64,000 bases of DNA from Candidatus Saccharimonadota bacterium (lineage in GTDB: Bacteria; Patescibacteriota; Saccharimonadia; Saccharimonadales; JAXHMH01): NCBI GenBank assembly GCA_034521515.1, contig JAXHMH010000002.1:512444-576443 (forward strand), in the 5' to 3' direction. Each line of letters begins with the position of its first letter. The stretch's first letter is position 1. Both the position numbers and the translations under genes were made by a program. The notes beneath the pieces are model-generated. The model had not been told where the DNA came from. It saw only the letters and a program-made list of their open reading frames with translations, and searched no databases. This document shows, one piece after another, positions 27,917-36,798 of this stretch.

Positions 27917-27993
27917 GCACCCGTAGCTCAGCGGATTAGAGCACTGGTCTTCGGAACCAGGTGTCGCAGGTTCGAATCCTGCCGGGTGTACCA
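27917..27993 (+). tRNA. tRNA-Arg (anticodon TCG), CCA encoded
   Basis: Acceptor GCACCCG/CGGGTGT, anticodon loop CTTCGGA, T arm GCAGG-TTCGAAT-CCTGC, 77 nt. Confidence 0.85.
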
Positions 27994-28006
27994 GGAGAAA
28001 TATAAG

Positions 28007-28030
28007 CCACCTTGCAAAAGGTGGTTTTTA
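28007..28030 (+). terminator. Rho-independent terminator after tRNA-Arg
   Basis: Stem ccacctt / aaggtgg followed by ttttt. Confidence 0.75.
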
Positions 28031-28087
28031 TTTCTGCTCGATGCTCGAGCCAGGGTTTGAACCGTCAAGCGAGCTTATGCGAGCGGA

Positions 28088-28229
28088 GGTTCGGCGTATG
28101 TGAGTCCGCTGGTCAGCGGACGAACGAAGAAGCCCATCTTTGATGGGCGCTATCCTGCCGCCCGCCTATCTGACCGAGTCTCCTGTCTTTCTGACAAGAA
28201 GGCCAGGCAGGACGGACAGGGGTGTACCA
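28088..28229 (+). pseudogene. tRNA-Arg 3' fragment split by two inserts
   Basis: ggttcg, a 58-nt insert (28094..28151), atcctgccg, a 60-nt insert (28161..28220), then ggtgtacca. Removing the inserts gives the T-loop-to-CCA sequence of the upstream tRNA-Arg. Confidence 0.75.
28161..28220 (+). repeat. 60-nt hairpin insertion element, copy B
   Basis: Homologous to 13986..14045. Excision restores cctgccg|ggtgtacca exactly. Confidence 0.8.
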
Positions 28230-28315
28230 ATCAAAGAGTCTATGCTTGGCATGGACTCTTTGATAGCCTGTTTAGTGCTTAGTTTTTAGTAAGTAAAAAT
28301 GATAGAATTAAACTA

Positions 28316-28531
28316 ATGGAGCAATCACCCTGCAAAGAGGATAAATTATGGAGCGGAGCAGATAATATAGTTTCTGCATTTGAAGCAGATGGTGAACCTT
28401 ACGATGTGCCCCTTGTTTCATACCTGAATGGCCATGAGAAGGTGGTAGTGAAAAATGACCCAGCATTGATAAAGGTCTTTGGCGAAGAAACGGTCGCAAT
28501 GTACGAGCGACTACTGGCTGAAGCCGAGTAA
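28316..28531 (+). CDS. Hypothetical small acidic protein (71 aa)
   Basis: ORF with TGaTAGAAT 7 nt upstream of the ATG and a hairpin terminator downstream. Confidence 0.45.
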   Translation: MEQSPCKEDKLWSGADNIVSAFEADGEPYDVPLVSYLNGHEKVVVKNDPALIKVFGEETVAMYERLLAEAE

Positions 28532-28646
28532 ATTTGTTTGAATTTCGTTTATTACCATGTACCATCCTTCGTCGCTCTCCTTTGATGGAGAGCCATGAAG
28601 GATTTTTATTACTCGAGGATCATAATAACCGAAACTAAACGTCGGG

Positions 28647-29312
28647 ATGGAACGAACTTGGTATATCTGGAGTATACTTATGGCAACTATTATGAGCATT
28701 GAGTATTTAGAGAATCTTGTAAAAGAAGCCCATCAAGCCGGCAAATCTATAGAAGGTTCGGCAGATGCAAGTGAGTTGGCGCACCTTGCCTCATTAGCCA
28801 AAACGCCAAATGTATCGAAAGTGGGCGAGGTGGGTTTTATTGCCGGTTTATCTAGCTACTCGTTCCTTGAGGCAAGCCCAGACGTCAAAGTCTACTCATT
28901 CGATATTGGAGAATACGATTACGTTACGCCAGCCAAACAGTTTATAGACCAAACTTTTCCAGACAGGCATGTCCTAACCGTTGGTGATTCGCTAGAAACT
29001 CTGCCGCAATTTTACAAAGACAACCCAGCTCTTAATTTTGACATTATATTCGTTGACGGCAGTCATGATTACGAAGTTGTTAAAGCGGATTTACTAAACA
29101 TGCGAAATTTTGCACATCAAGACACTGTTTTAGTAATAGACGACTTAACACCTTGGAAGCCCTGGGGTGTAGGACCTACCAAGGCTTGGAGCGAAATGAT
29201 CGACAAGAATATCGTCAGGCAGGATGTACTTTTTAGAGATGGCGAACGTGTGCAGTCTATTGAGCCTCCTGGTGAAAGAAGCTGGGCAGTTGGTGCTTAC
29301 ATCTTTGAGTAA
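28647..29312 (+). CDS. Class I SAM-dependent methyltransferase (O-methyltransferase-like)
   Basis: VGEVGFIAGLSS (a degenerate glycine-rich motif-I region, weakly SAM-binding-like) and IIFVDGSHDYEVVKADL. The start is uncertain, with several in-frame Met. Confidence 0.65.
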   Translation: MERTWYIWSILMATIMSIEYLENLVKEAHQAGKSIEGSADASELAHLASLAKTPNVSKVGEVGFIAGLSSYSFLEASPDVKVYSFDIGEYDYVTPAKQFIDQTFPDRHVLTVGDSLETLPQFYKDNPALNFDIIFVDGSHDYEVVKADLLNMRNFAHQDTVLVIDDLTPWKPWGVGPTKAWSEMIDKNIVRQDVLFRDGERVQSIEPPGERSWAVGAYIFE

Positions 29313-29434
29313 AAGTGATATGTATCAGAAAATAACTCCGTAGAACCAGAGTTTAAGGCTTAGTTTGTGAAGTAAATCACAGACAGGCTTATGTATAAGT
29401 GTAGAATATGCAGTAGGAAGGGGGGTTGTCTCAA

Positions 29435-29530
29435 ATGGCTTCAACAAATTCCACCAAGCGCTATTACATCCGTGATAGTGAGACAAATGAGCTCTGGTGC
29501 CTAGATTTCAATGGTATCAGCGGCGTATAA
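29435..29530 (+). CDS. Candidate small protein (31 aa)
   Basis: aggaagggggg lies upstream of the ATG. Translation is MASTNSTKRYYIRDSETNELWCLDFNGISGV. A strong hairpin terminator lies at 29561..29584. Confidence 0.3.
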   Translation: MASTNSTKRYYIRDSETNELWCLDFNGISGV

Positions 29531-29654
29531 CCAGATTTAAAACGAACACTCAAAAACAAGCGTGCCCTACAGGGGCACGTTTTTAATTGGCGTAACTAGG
29601 CGCGTATACTCATATGTACTTGGGGTATTTTTATAACAGAGGTACAATGACGGA

Positions 29655-30926
29655 GTGACCGATATGAAGAGTTTTGCGCAAGTTGAGGCATGGCTGGCAA
29701 CTATCCAGCCTGATATTAGGGCGGTGAATTGGTTCTTTGCACTGGAAGATATGCAAGACTTCATGGCTAATTTGAATAACCCCCAAAATACACCAAAAAT
29801 TGTCCATGTAGCTGGAACATCTGGCAAGACGTCCACATGTTATTTTTTATCTGAATTATTACAGACGAGCAATCGACGTGTTGGGCTGAGTGTTTCACCG
29901 CATGTTGATAGTGTGCGAGAGCGAGTTCAGATTAACAATCAACCGTTGGCTGAACATGAGTTTGTTGAAATGTTCAAAGAATTCGCTTCTTTGCCAGAGG
30001 TGCAGAGTATGCAAATTACTTACTTTGGTTTGTTGGTGGCATTTGCATACTGGGTATATGCTCAAAAAAAGGCAGATTATGCTGTTATTGAGGTAGGCAT
30101 GGGCGGCAGGTTGGATGCTACAAATATTGTGACCAATCCGAACAAGATTTGCGTAATAACAGATATAGGCATGGATCACACGCAATTTTTAGGTGAGGAT
30201 TTAGCAACCATAGCTGGCGAGAAAGCCGGGATAATTATGCCTGGAGCAGACGTATTTGTGGCTCACCAAAGCAAGGAAGTGATGAACGTATTCAACAAAG
30301 TTGCCAAAAAACAAAACGCAGCACTACACATATTGCCCGATAACGTGATAGAAGATTCGCCAGAAGATTTGCCGCCTTTTCAGCGCCGTAACTTTGCACT
30401 TGCCAAGTTCACGCATGATTTTATCGTAAAACGTGACAACTTAATCTCTGTTGATACAAACACGCTGAATAAAATTGCTCACACGTCTGTTCCGGCTCGT
30501 ATGGAAGCCTTTAAGTATCAAGACAAAACAATTATTACCGACGGCTCCCATAATGCTCATAAAATCGGGGCGCTCGTTAGTGGGCTTGAGCAGACTTACC
30601 CTGATCAGAAGATGGCAGCAATGGTGAGTTTTGTCGACGGAAAAGATGTGACGCTAAAAGAAAGCTTGCAAGAACTAAAAAAGGTATCAGATAATCTTAT
30701 CGTTACGATGTTCAAAAAGTCTCAGGACGTACAGCGTGGCCCAATCAGCCCCGACACTATCGCAGAGACCGCAAAATCAGTTGGTTTCAGCTCTGTTACT
30801 GTGGTCGAGAACCCTAAGGAAGCCTTTAAACACTTACTTAAACAACCCGAGGAAAGGTTGCTTGTTACGGGGTCGTTCTATTTACTTAACCATGTCAGAC
30901 CGCTACTCTTAAGTAAGCATGATTAG
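29655..30926 (+). CDS. folC: Folylpolyglutamate synthase / dihydrofolate synthase (Mur ligase family)
   Basis: P-loop VHVAGTSGKTST and Mur-ligase middle and C-terminal domains. A GTG start lies 6 nt after TACAAT. Confidence 0.85.
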   Translation: MTDMKSFAQVEAWLATIQPDIRAVNWFFALEDMQDFMANLNNPQNTPKIVHVAGTSGKTSTCYFLSELLQTSNRRVGLSVSPHVDSVRERVQINNQPLAEHEFVEMFKEFASLPEVQSMQITYFGLLVAFAYWVYAQKKADYAVIEVGMGGRLDATNIVTNPNKICVITDIGMDHTQFLGEDLATIAGEKAGIIMPGADVFVAHQSKEVMNVFNKVAKKQNAALHILPDNVIEDSPEDLPPFQRRNFALAKFTHDFIVKRDNLISVDTNTLNKIAHTSVPARMEAFKYQDKTIITDGSHNAHKIGALVSGLEQTYPDQKMAAMVSFVDGKDVTLKESLQELKKVSDNLIVTMFKKSQDVQRGPISPDTIAETAKSVGFSSVTVVENPKEAFKHLLKQPEERLLVTGSFYLLNHVRPLLLSKHD

Positions 30927-31398
30927 ATTAATTGCGGCAGTAGACAGAAACCTTGGAATCGCCAAACACGGTTTTCAGCCATGGAATATTCCTGCGGACG
31001 AACAATACTTTAGGCAACAGACAACAGGCCACGCGGTACTTATGGGCAGTAAAACATACGAAGTAATTGGCAGGCCATTGCCCGATAGACGTAATTTTGT
31101 GGCTAGCTTCGATGCGGTTGCTGTAAATGGTGCGGAGGTGGTTAACGACGTTGAAGCATTCTTGAGTAAGCAACAACGCGACATTTGGGTTATAGGCGGA
31201 GCATCAATCTACGAACAAGCACTTCCTTATGCCGACGAGCTATATCTTACACACATTGAGGCAGATTTTGGATGTGACAAGTTTTTCCCACAGTTTCAAC
31301 AACAGTTCATGCTTTTTGATGAACAGCCACCGATGGAAGAAAACGGGTTTATATACAGATATATTGTCTATACGAGCAATCGTTCGGCAGGCGAATAA
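30919..31398 (+). CDS. folA: Dihydrofolate reductase
   Basis: IAAVDRNLGIAKHGFQPWNIPADEQYF...LMGSKTYEVIGRPLPDRRN. Confidence 0.9.
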   Translation: MIRLIAAVDRNLGIAKHGFQPWNIPADEQYFRQQTTGHAVLMGSKTYEVIGRPLPDRRNFVASFDAVAVNGAEVVNDVEAFLSKQQRDIWVIGGASIYEQALPYADELYLTHIEADFGCDKFFPQFQQQFMLFDEQPPMEENGFIYRYIVYTSNRSAGE

Positions 31399-31418
31399 AA
31401 AGCTTTTTCGACAAATGT

Positions 31419-32852
31419 TTAATCAAAATCAAAGACTCGTTTATAAGAAGTTATTGTCCAAGTGCTTTCTCCTGAAGAAAGTTGTGTACCAAACGTTACC
31501 GTACCGGCACCACTCATGTCGACTCGTTGACCAGCCGCAGCACCCACGTTGCCGCTTCCTCGTAGTCTGACAGTACCCCAATAGGAGTGCATAACCATAC
31601 CTGGCAGTTTAACCGAGCCACCGACCCTAACTGTCTCGAGAGTTTGCGAACTTTTAAGCTCGTTACCGGATAAATCTGTGCAATCAGGGTTACAGCTGGC
31701 GTTTGTTCTATAACTAATAAAATGTATACCGGTACCTTGACTGTTAGCGATGAGTTCAGCTCCACCGCCCATATTAATATCGCCATCAACTACTACTACT
31801 GGACGTTCGGTGCCAACACTTTCGCTGGCCGTAATTTTTGCCGCTCCGCCAACGTCGAGGTCTCCAGTAATATATACATCACCGGAGATGGTAAGGTCGC
31901 AGCTGTTGTCAGCGTTTACGTTACCATTTAATTGAAGGTTAGCCGGCCAAGTACGCTCAAACCCATTTGGACTTTGCCACTGGCTGCAGTTATAATCAAT
32001 ATCACTTGCATTGGCGGTCGTTGTCATAGAATCAATATGATTTTGACGATTATATGTTGGTGGGCTAACTGAAGGTGCCGTGCATCCTGCAATGAGTCCG
32101 TCTCCTCCATCGCCTGGTAGTATGTTTCCCCCTGATCTAGGCCCAGTACTAACCTGGTTAGTAGCGCAAACCGAACCATAGATATAAGTGCTCATTGAAA
32201 GGCTAATTGGCTCACCGCTTGTACAAAGCTCTGGGTAGGATGGCCCAGGTAACGTTCCGGCAGGGCAGGCATAATGAGCAACGTTTACGTTCAGTGGTTG
32301 GGATTCAGTACCAATTCTAGCGGCCCCACTTAGATCAATAGTTCCGTTTACGTAGACGTCAGAATTTGTGATGCTTCCACTTCCGCTAAGCACTAATCCC
32401 CCCGGACCGGTGTGAACAGAATAACCTTCTGATCCAGTACCGACCACCGTAACTTCTATACGAGCACGGCTCATTGGTTCTGAGGTGTCATTGTACCGAT
32501 AGACTTCGCCGGTAGAGGTGATTATCTTTGTATTTGTATCGACTGCATCGGTAACGTTTGTTACAAAAGTGCCTCGTCCTTGTGACTGTGAATTAAAGAA
32601 GGTTTGCTCGGTTGAATACCCGGTGAAGCTATCGTTTTGGTTGAGCTCATTAACGGAGTTTTCGATGCCGGCTTCGGCTACTAATACCGCGTTAGCGGAG
32701 TATACTTTGCGGTTAGCAATATTGGCATGTGTAGCCGAGAAGCTTAAAAGCGACAAGCCAACAATCGACATAAACACCAGTAACCCGAGTAAGCCAAGTA
32801 GTATAATTCCGCCATTTTGGTTGGCCGTTGTTTTATTTGTTTGACTAATCAT
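31419..32852 (-). CDS. PilX-like minor pilin / large pilus-associated protein
   Basis: N-terminal hydrophobic helix without Glu5, followed by AVLVAEAGIENSVNEL, which resembles the PilX N-terminus. Last gene of the pilin operon. Confidence 0.55.
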   Translation of the reverse strand: MISQTNKTTANQNGGIILLGLLGLLVFMSIVGLSLLSFSATHANIANRKVYSANAVLVAEAGIENSVNELNQNDSFTGYSTEQTFFNSQSQGRGTFVTNVTDAVDTNTKIITSTGEVYRYNDTSEPMSRARIEVTVVGTGSEGYSVHTGPGGLVLSGSGSITNSDVYVNGTIDLSGAARIGTESQPLNVNVAHYACPAGTLPGPSYPELCTSGEPISLSMSTYIYGSVCATNQVSTGPRSGGNILPGDGGDGLIAGCTAPSVSPPTYNRQNHIDSMTTTANASDIDYNCSQWQSPNGFERTWPANLQLNGNVNADNSCDLTISGDVYITGDLDVGGAAKITASESVGTERPVVVVDGDINMGGGAELIANSQGTGIHFISYRTNASCNPDCTDLSGNELKSSQTLETVRVGGSVKLPGMVMHSYWGTVRLRGSGNVGAAAGQRVDMSGAGTVTFGTQLSSGESTWTITSYKRVFDFD

Positions 32853-33516
32853 TTCTAAATACCATCCTCGTTTTATACTCAACTTCTATATCTTGTCCGT
32901 ATGCTTGATCCGAGGATACTACAGTAAGTTCGATTGAGCGGGCATCCGGCGGGCTAACTTCTTGGTCGTTCTCATTAAGGTAGCGAACCGAAAATAAAGA
33001 CACATTGTTTAGCATCTTTTTATCGGCTGGGCAGGATGAACTTACCCCTGACTCAGGGCAGGAGGTCGTGGCGGCATTATCAGAAACCGGTGAAGCAAGT
33101 GTTCGCTTATATAGAGTGCCATTATCTGTAAAGTAGATGACATTGTTCTTCTCGCTAATATATTCTGCCGGATCAGCAAATATTATGTCTCCGCTGTTAT
33201 CAAGGGCTGCCGTTGCTAATATGAGCGTGTCGGTACTTGATTGCCAGCTATATTCGTCAGGGGCACCAGGGGCATTTTCATCAGGCCATCGGTTTTGCTC
33301 CTCGGCACTTGCCGCCAGGCGAATATCCTCTTGCGCGACAGTCAGCGCGAGTTGAGACTCGTATAAAATATTGGCTTTAGCTTGTGCTGTTGTGTATTGC
33401 CGCATAGTTGTAATAGCGAACATAGAAATAGCAACGGTAACGATTGCCAGAACCGCAACCGTTAAAGTGACCTCCAAAAGCGTGTTTCCAGATTGGTTAT
33501 GGAGTAGTTTTCTCAT
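32845..33516 (-). CDS. Type IV pilin-like protein (minor pilin)
   Basis: The N-terminal QSG/NTLLEVTLTVAVLAIV resembles a prepilin cleavage/methylation motif. Confidence 0.6.
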   Translation of the reverse strand: MRKLLHNQSGNTLLEVTLTVAVLAIVTVAISMFAITTMRQYTTAQAKANILYESQLALTVAQEDIRLAASAEEQNRWPDENAPGAPDEYSWQSSTDTLILATAALDNSGDIIFADPAEYISEKNNVIYFTDNGTLYKRTLASPVSDNAATTSCPESGVSSSCPADKKMLNNVSLFSVRYLNENDQEVSPPDARSIELTVVSSDQAYGQDIEVEYKTRMVFRND

Positions 33517-33911
33517 TGCGTGATCCCGATTGCCCCGATTATGGAGCTGAGTCGTACCTCACGCTGCTCAGGGCCATTATTATAAGATACTGTCACATTA
33601 ACCCGTCGTAACCCTGGGCTAGGTTCGCTTACTTCGACCGTTCCGGTGTTTGGTTCTGGTAGGTCATTTGGTAGCTCACTCGTGAAATCAATAGTTTCAT
33701 CCGGCTCCAGATTGTTATAGTGGATGTTTCGTAAGGACTCAATCTTAAGTTCTGCCGCATGGCGAGCGCTTTCTAGATCTTCGGCGCGCCTTTGCATACC
33801 CTGGATACCCATAAACAGGCTAATGATACTACCTGCTGCAAAGCTGAACACCGCTACAACAATTAGTAGTTCTATAAGAGAAAATCCGAACTGGTTGGTG
33901 AGTTTCTTCAT
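33513..33911 (-). CDS. Type IV prepilin-type N-terminal domain protein (minor pilin)
   Basis: Classic motif QFG/FSLIELLIVVAVF. Confidence 0.8.
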   Translation of the reverse strand: MKKLTNQFGFSLIELLIVVAVFSFAAGSIISLFMGIQGMQRRAEDLESARHAAELKIESLRNIHYNNLEPDETIDFTSELPNDLPEPNTGTVEVSEPSPGLRRVNVTVSYNNGPEQREVRLSSIIGAIGITQ

Positions 33912-34011
33912 GCTTATGGTTCATTATATAGCATGTGTAAGCTGAGTACAGACCTACGTTAAAAATGCAAAACCAGATGCAGGACGCTTGATAACCTAGT
34001 ACAATAGCTGT

Positions 34012-34989
34012 ATGTCAAATCACAAACTGCTCATATTGGTAGCGGCTCTTGCGTTAGCGTTTGTTTTGAGAGAAGTAATTATAATATTATTTGTGGCATT
34101 CTTGCTAACAACCGCTTTTTTACCGGTTGTACAATGGCTTAAACAAAAACGTATACCACGCGGTCTATCCTCTATAATTCTAATTGTAGCGTTAGTCGTA
34201 ATTCCTATAGCCCTATTGTTTAGTGTCGGTCCGGCGCTTGCTGATGAAGGACGCGAATTATTTAATAGAGCACCGAAAATAGTCGACGAAGTAGACTCTT
34301 TGCTTAGTGCAGAAATTGGTATCGAAGTCCGGAATAGAGTTGTTGACCGCAGCGAACAGATGATAGCTGATGCGTTTACTGCTACTGGATCAGCTGTACG
34401 AGTCATCATCGGGATCGTGTTAGTACCTGTTTTAGCGGTTTATTGGCTGACGTACTACAGGCAAGCTAAGGTTGGATTGATTAATTTTATCGGCGCCGGC
34501 GAGAAAGGCCGTAGGCAGTTTGCAAGCGATAGTTTTGAGGCGGTAGAGGCTCGGCTTGGTTCTTGGGTTAAAGGTCAATTGTTAGTGAGCTTTGCGGTTG
34601 GCTTATTGACATGGGTTGTGTTGCTAATTTTGGGAGTGCCATACGCTGGAGTGTTAGCATTAATTGCGGCCTTCTTAGAGATTATTCCTACACTTGGCCC
34701 TATACTTGCAGCCGTACCAGCGTTATTAATTGCGCTCACTATAGATACCAGCTTATTTTTTATCGTGTTGATTGCCTATGTAGTTATCCAGCAGGTTGAA
34801 AGCTATATAATTTCACCACGTGTTTTAGGCCAGTCGGTCAAAATGAACCCTTTTGCGGTGCTTTTATCGGTTATTGTTGGTACCAATTTACTTGGGATTA
34901 TTGGGGCGCTACTGGCTGTTCCTGCGGTTATTACCGGCCAAGAAATTTATCGCGTTTACGTTAAAGAACGCGATAAGCTACAGACTTAG
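34012..34989 (+). CDS. AI-2E family transporter (PerM-like)
   Basis: Eight or so TM segments. C-terminal IISPRVLGQSVKMNPFAVLLSVIVGTNLLGIIGALLAVP. Confidence 0.85.
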   Translation: MSNHKLLILVAALALAFVLREVIIILFVAFLLTTAFLPVVQWLKQKRIPRGLSSIILIVALVVIPIALLFSVGPALADEGRELFNRAPKIVDEVDSLLSAEIGIEVRNRVVDRSEQMIADAFTATGSAVRVIIGIVLVPVLAVYWLTYYRQAKVGLINFIGAGEKGRRQFASDSFEAVEARLGSWVKGQLLVSFAVGLLTWVVLLILGVPYAGVLALIAAFLEIIPTLGPILAAVPALLIALTIDTSLFFIVLIAYVVIQQVESYIISPRVLGQSVKMNPFAVLLSVIVGTNLLGIIGALLAVPAVITGQEIYRVYVKERDKLQT

Positions 34990-35087
34990 TTAGTAGCCCA
35001 GTTTTTCTACAAAACTTCCGACATTGCTAGCCATAGGATAATTATAGCAAGACACAAATATACCGAAATGATAGGCGGTTTTCTTGA

Positions 35088-35164
35088 TGGAGGGCCATCT
35101 GGGACTCGAACCCAGGACACCCTGCTTAAGAGGCAGGTGCTCTAACCAGCTGAGCTAATGGCCC
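35088..35164 (-). tRNA. tRNA-Lys (anticodon CTT), CCA encoded
   Basis: The reverse complement folds as acceptor GGGCCAT/ATGGCCC, anticodon loop CTCTTAA, T arm CTGGG-TTCGAGT-CCCAG. Confidence 0.9.
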
Positions 35165-35245
35165 GGTAGTAGACTTTCATTTACTCCACACTAGTGCGGA
35201 GTAGGCTTTTGCCTGGCAAAAGCTAATGAAAGCTCACTACCGGGC
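35165..35245. mobile_element. 81-nt MITE-like palindromic element abutting the 5' end of tRNA-Lys
   Basis: Roughly 19-bp terminal inverted repeats (ggtagtagactttcatt / aatgaaagctcactacc) enclose two inner hairpins. Flanked by the direct repeat tggccc (35159..35164 and 35246..35251). Confidence 0.5.
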
Positions 35246-35360
35246 TGGCCCTTGTATTCTACAGGCGTAGACATGATGTAACGTATCACAAAATGTAACA
35301 AGGAAACTTTAGCAGGTTACCTCTGTTATTGCAAGTGGAATGTTGGTATACTATGGACTA

Positions 35361-36233
35361 ATGAAACTTCTAGACGGTAAAGAACTCGCCGGTTTTATAA
35401 AAGAACGTCAGGCGAAACAAGTAAGGGAACTAAGGCAATCGCACGTGGTTGAGCCTAAGCTAGCCATTGTTCAGTGCAAGGATGATCCGGTCATCAACAC
35501 CTATGTGCGGCTTAAAAAGCAGTATGGTACCGATATTCAAGTAGAGGTTGAGGTACACAATGTAGCCCAAGATAAAGTTCAAGATGTGCTACAGAAGCTT
35601 AACGAAGACATCTCGATTCACGGCATTATTGTCCAGCTGCCGTTAGCAGACACAGATCAAACAGAAGAGGTGGTGAACCTGGTTGCCTCAGAAAAAGACG
35701 TAGATGCGCTTGGAAACCCTCTTGCAGCGTGGCTACCAGGAACCACGCACTCTGGGCGGCAGGGCGAGGCGGTGCGTGGTTCCTGGTTTACGCCTGCGAC
35801 GCCAATGGCGATTATGTGGTTATTGGCAGGTTATAACATTGACCTCCGTGGCAAAAAAGTGTTGCTAGTTGGCCGTGGCCGCTTGGTAGGTGCGCCTCTA
35901 GAGCGAATCTTAAAAGACTCTGACATAGACGTTTCGTCTGCAGACAGAGAAACAAAAAAGCTTAACGTGTTAACTATTAATGCAGATGTCATTATTACCG
36001 CGACTGGTAGCCCGGCAATTTTATACCCGGACATGATAAAACAAGGAGCAGTGGTGGTAGATGCAGGCGTGGCCGGTGAAGACGGAAAAACCGTTGGTGA
36101 TTTACACCCGAGCGTGTATGAACGCGATGACTTAACCGTAACGCCAGCCAAAGGCGGCGTTGGCCCGCTGACTGTCTGTGCCTTATTTGACAATGTAATC
36201 CGCGCCGCTCGACAATCAGCTGAGAGTAAATAA
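35361..36233 (+). CDS. folD: Bifunctional methylenetetrahydrofolate dehydrogenase/cyclohydrolase
   Basis: KLLDGKELA, HGIIVQLPL, DVDA...TPATP and GGVGPLTV. Carries an extra loop encoded by a palindrome. Confidence 0.9.
   Translation: MKLLDGKELAGFIKERQAKQVRELRQSHVVEPKLAIVQCKDDPVINTYVRLKKQYGTDIQVEVEVHNVAQDKVQDVLQKLNEDISIHGIIVQLPLADTDQTEEVVNLVASEKDVDALGNPLAAWLPGTTHSGRQGEAVRGSWFTPATPMAIMWLLAGYNIDLRGKKVLLVGRGRLVGAPLERILKDSDIDVSSADRETKKLNVLTINADVIITATGSPAILYPDMIKQGAVVVDAGVAGEDGKTVGDLHPSVYERDDLTVTPAKGGVGPLTVCALFDNVIRAARQSAESK
35736..35786 (+). repeat. 51-nt perfect-stem palindrome in frame within folD
   Basis: ccaggaaccacgcac, a 21-nt loop, then gtgcgtggttcctgg. It starts on a codon boundary and encodes PGTTHSGRQGEAVRGSW. 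Confidence 0.85.
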
Positions 36234-36234
36234 G

Positions 36235-36798
36235 ATGAGTATAGATCCACAATTGTACTCGGAGTTAAAGCGAGAGATACTAGATGCTAGAGTTCTAGAG
36301 GCAGGAGAGATGGTTGCCGCAAATGGTCAGTTAATAGGACAGAAATTGGAATTTGATAATGTCGACCAACATTCAGACCTTTTTTATAAAATTGTCGCTG
36401 GTCTTGTTGAACTTGCGAGTTCACATGATCCAGATATCTTGATTCCTGTACCTGAGGGTGCCAACGCTTATGTAAAAGCTATGAGCGAACAGATGGGGAA
36501 TCTTGAGTTTGTTCAGCTGAGAAAGCCAGAAGTCGAAACCGAACCTTTCGCACTACAGTCTCAACGGATAGGTCAGTTAATATTGCGTAACAAAGAAAAA
36601 CCGTTTTTGGTAGATGATGTGTTTAGAACTGGAAGCCAGCTTAAAAGAGTCATGGCAATGCCCGAGATGCAAGGCAAAGAAATTGCTGCTGGAGTTATTT
36701 GGCGTCGAGACGATCCAGATCAAACTAAGCGGAATACACTCAAGGTTTATTCGTTAATCCACGAGTATGTACCTGATTTTGCAGAAAGGTTAGAATGA
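36235..36798 (+). CDS. Phosphoribosyltransferase-family protein
   Basis: PRPP-binding motif PFLVDDVFRTGSQL. The subfamily is unclear. Confidence 0.6.
   Translation: MSIDPQLYSELKREILDARVLEAGEMVAANGQLIGQKLEFDNVDQHSDLFYKIVAGLVELASSHDPDILIPVPEGANAYVKAMSEQMGNLEFVQLRKPEVETEPFALQSQRIGQLILRNKEKPFLVDDVFRTGSQLKRVMAMPEMQGKEIAAGVIWRRDDPDQTKRNTLKVYSLIHEYVPDFAERLE

Noticed and set aside
34020-34409. 129-aa antisense ORF inside the AI-2E transporter gene
   Set aside because: The sense frame is a coherent polytopic membrane protein. The antisense ORF has no supporting signals.
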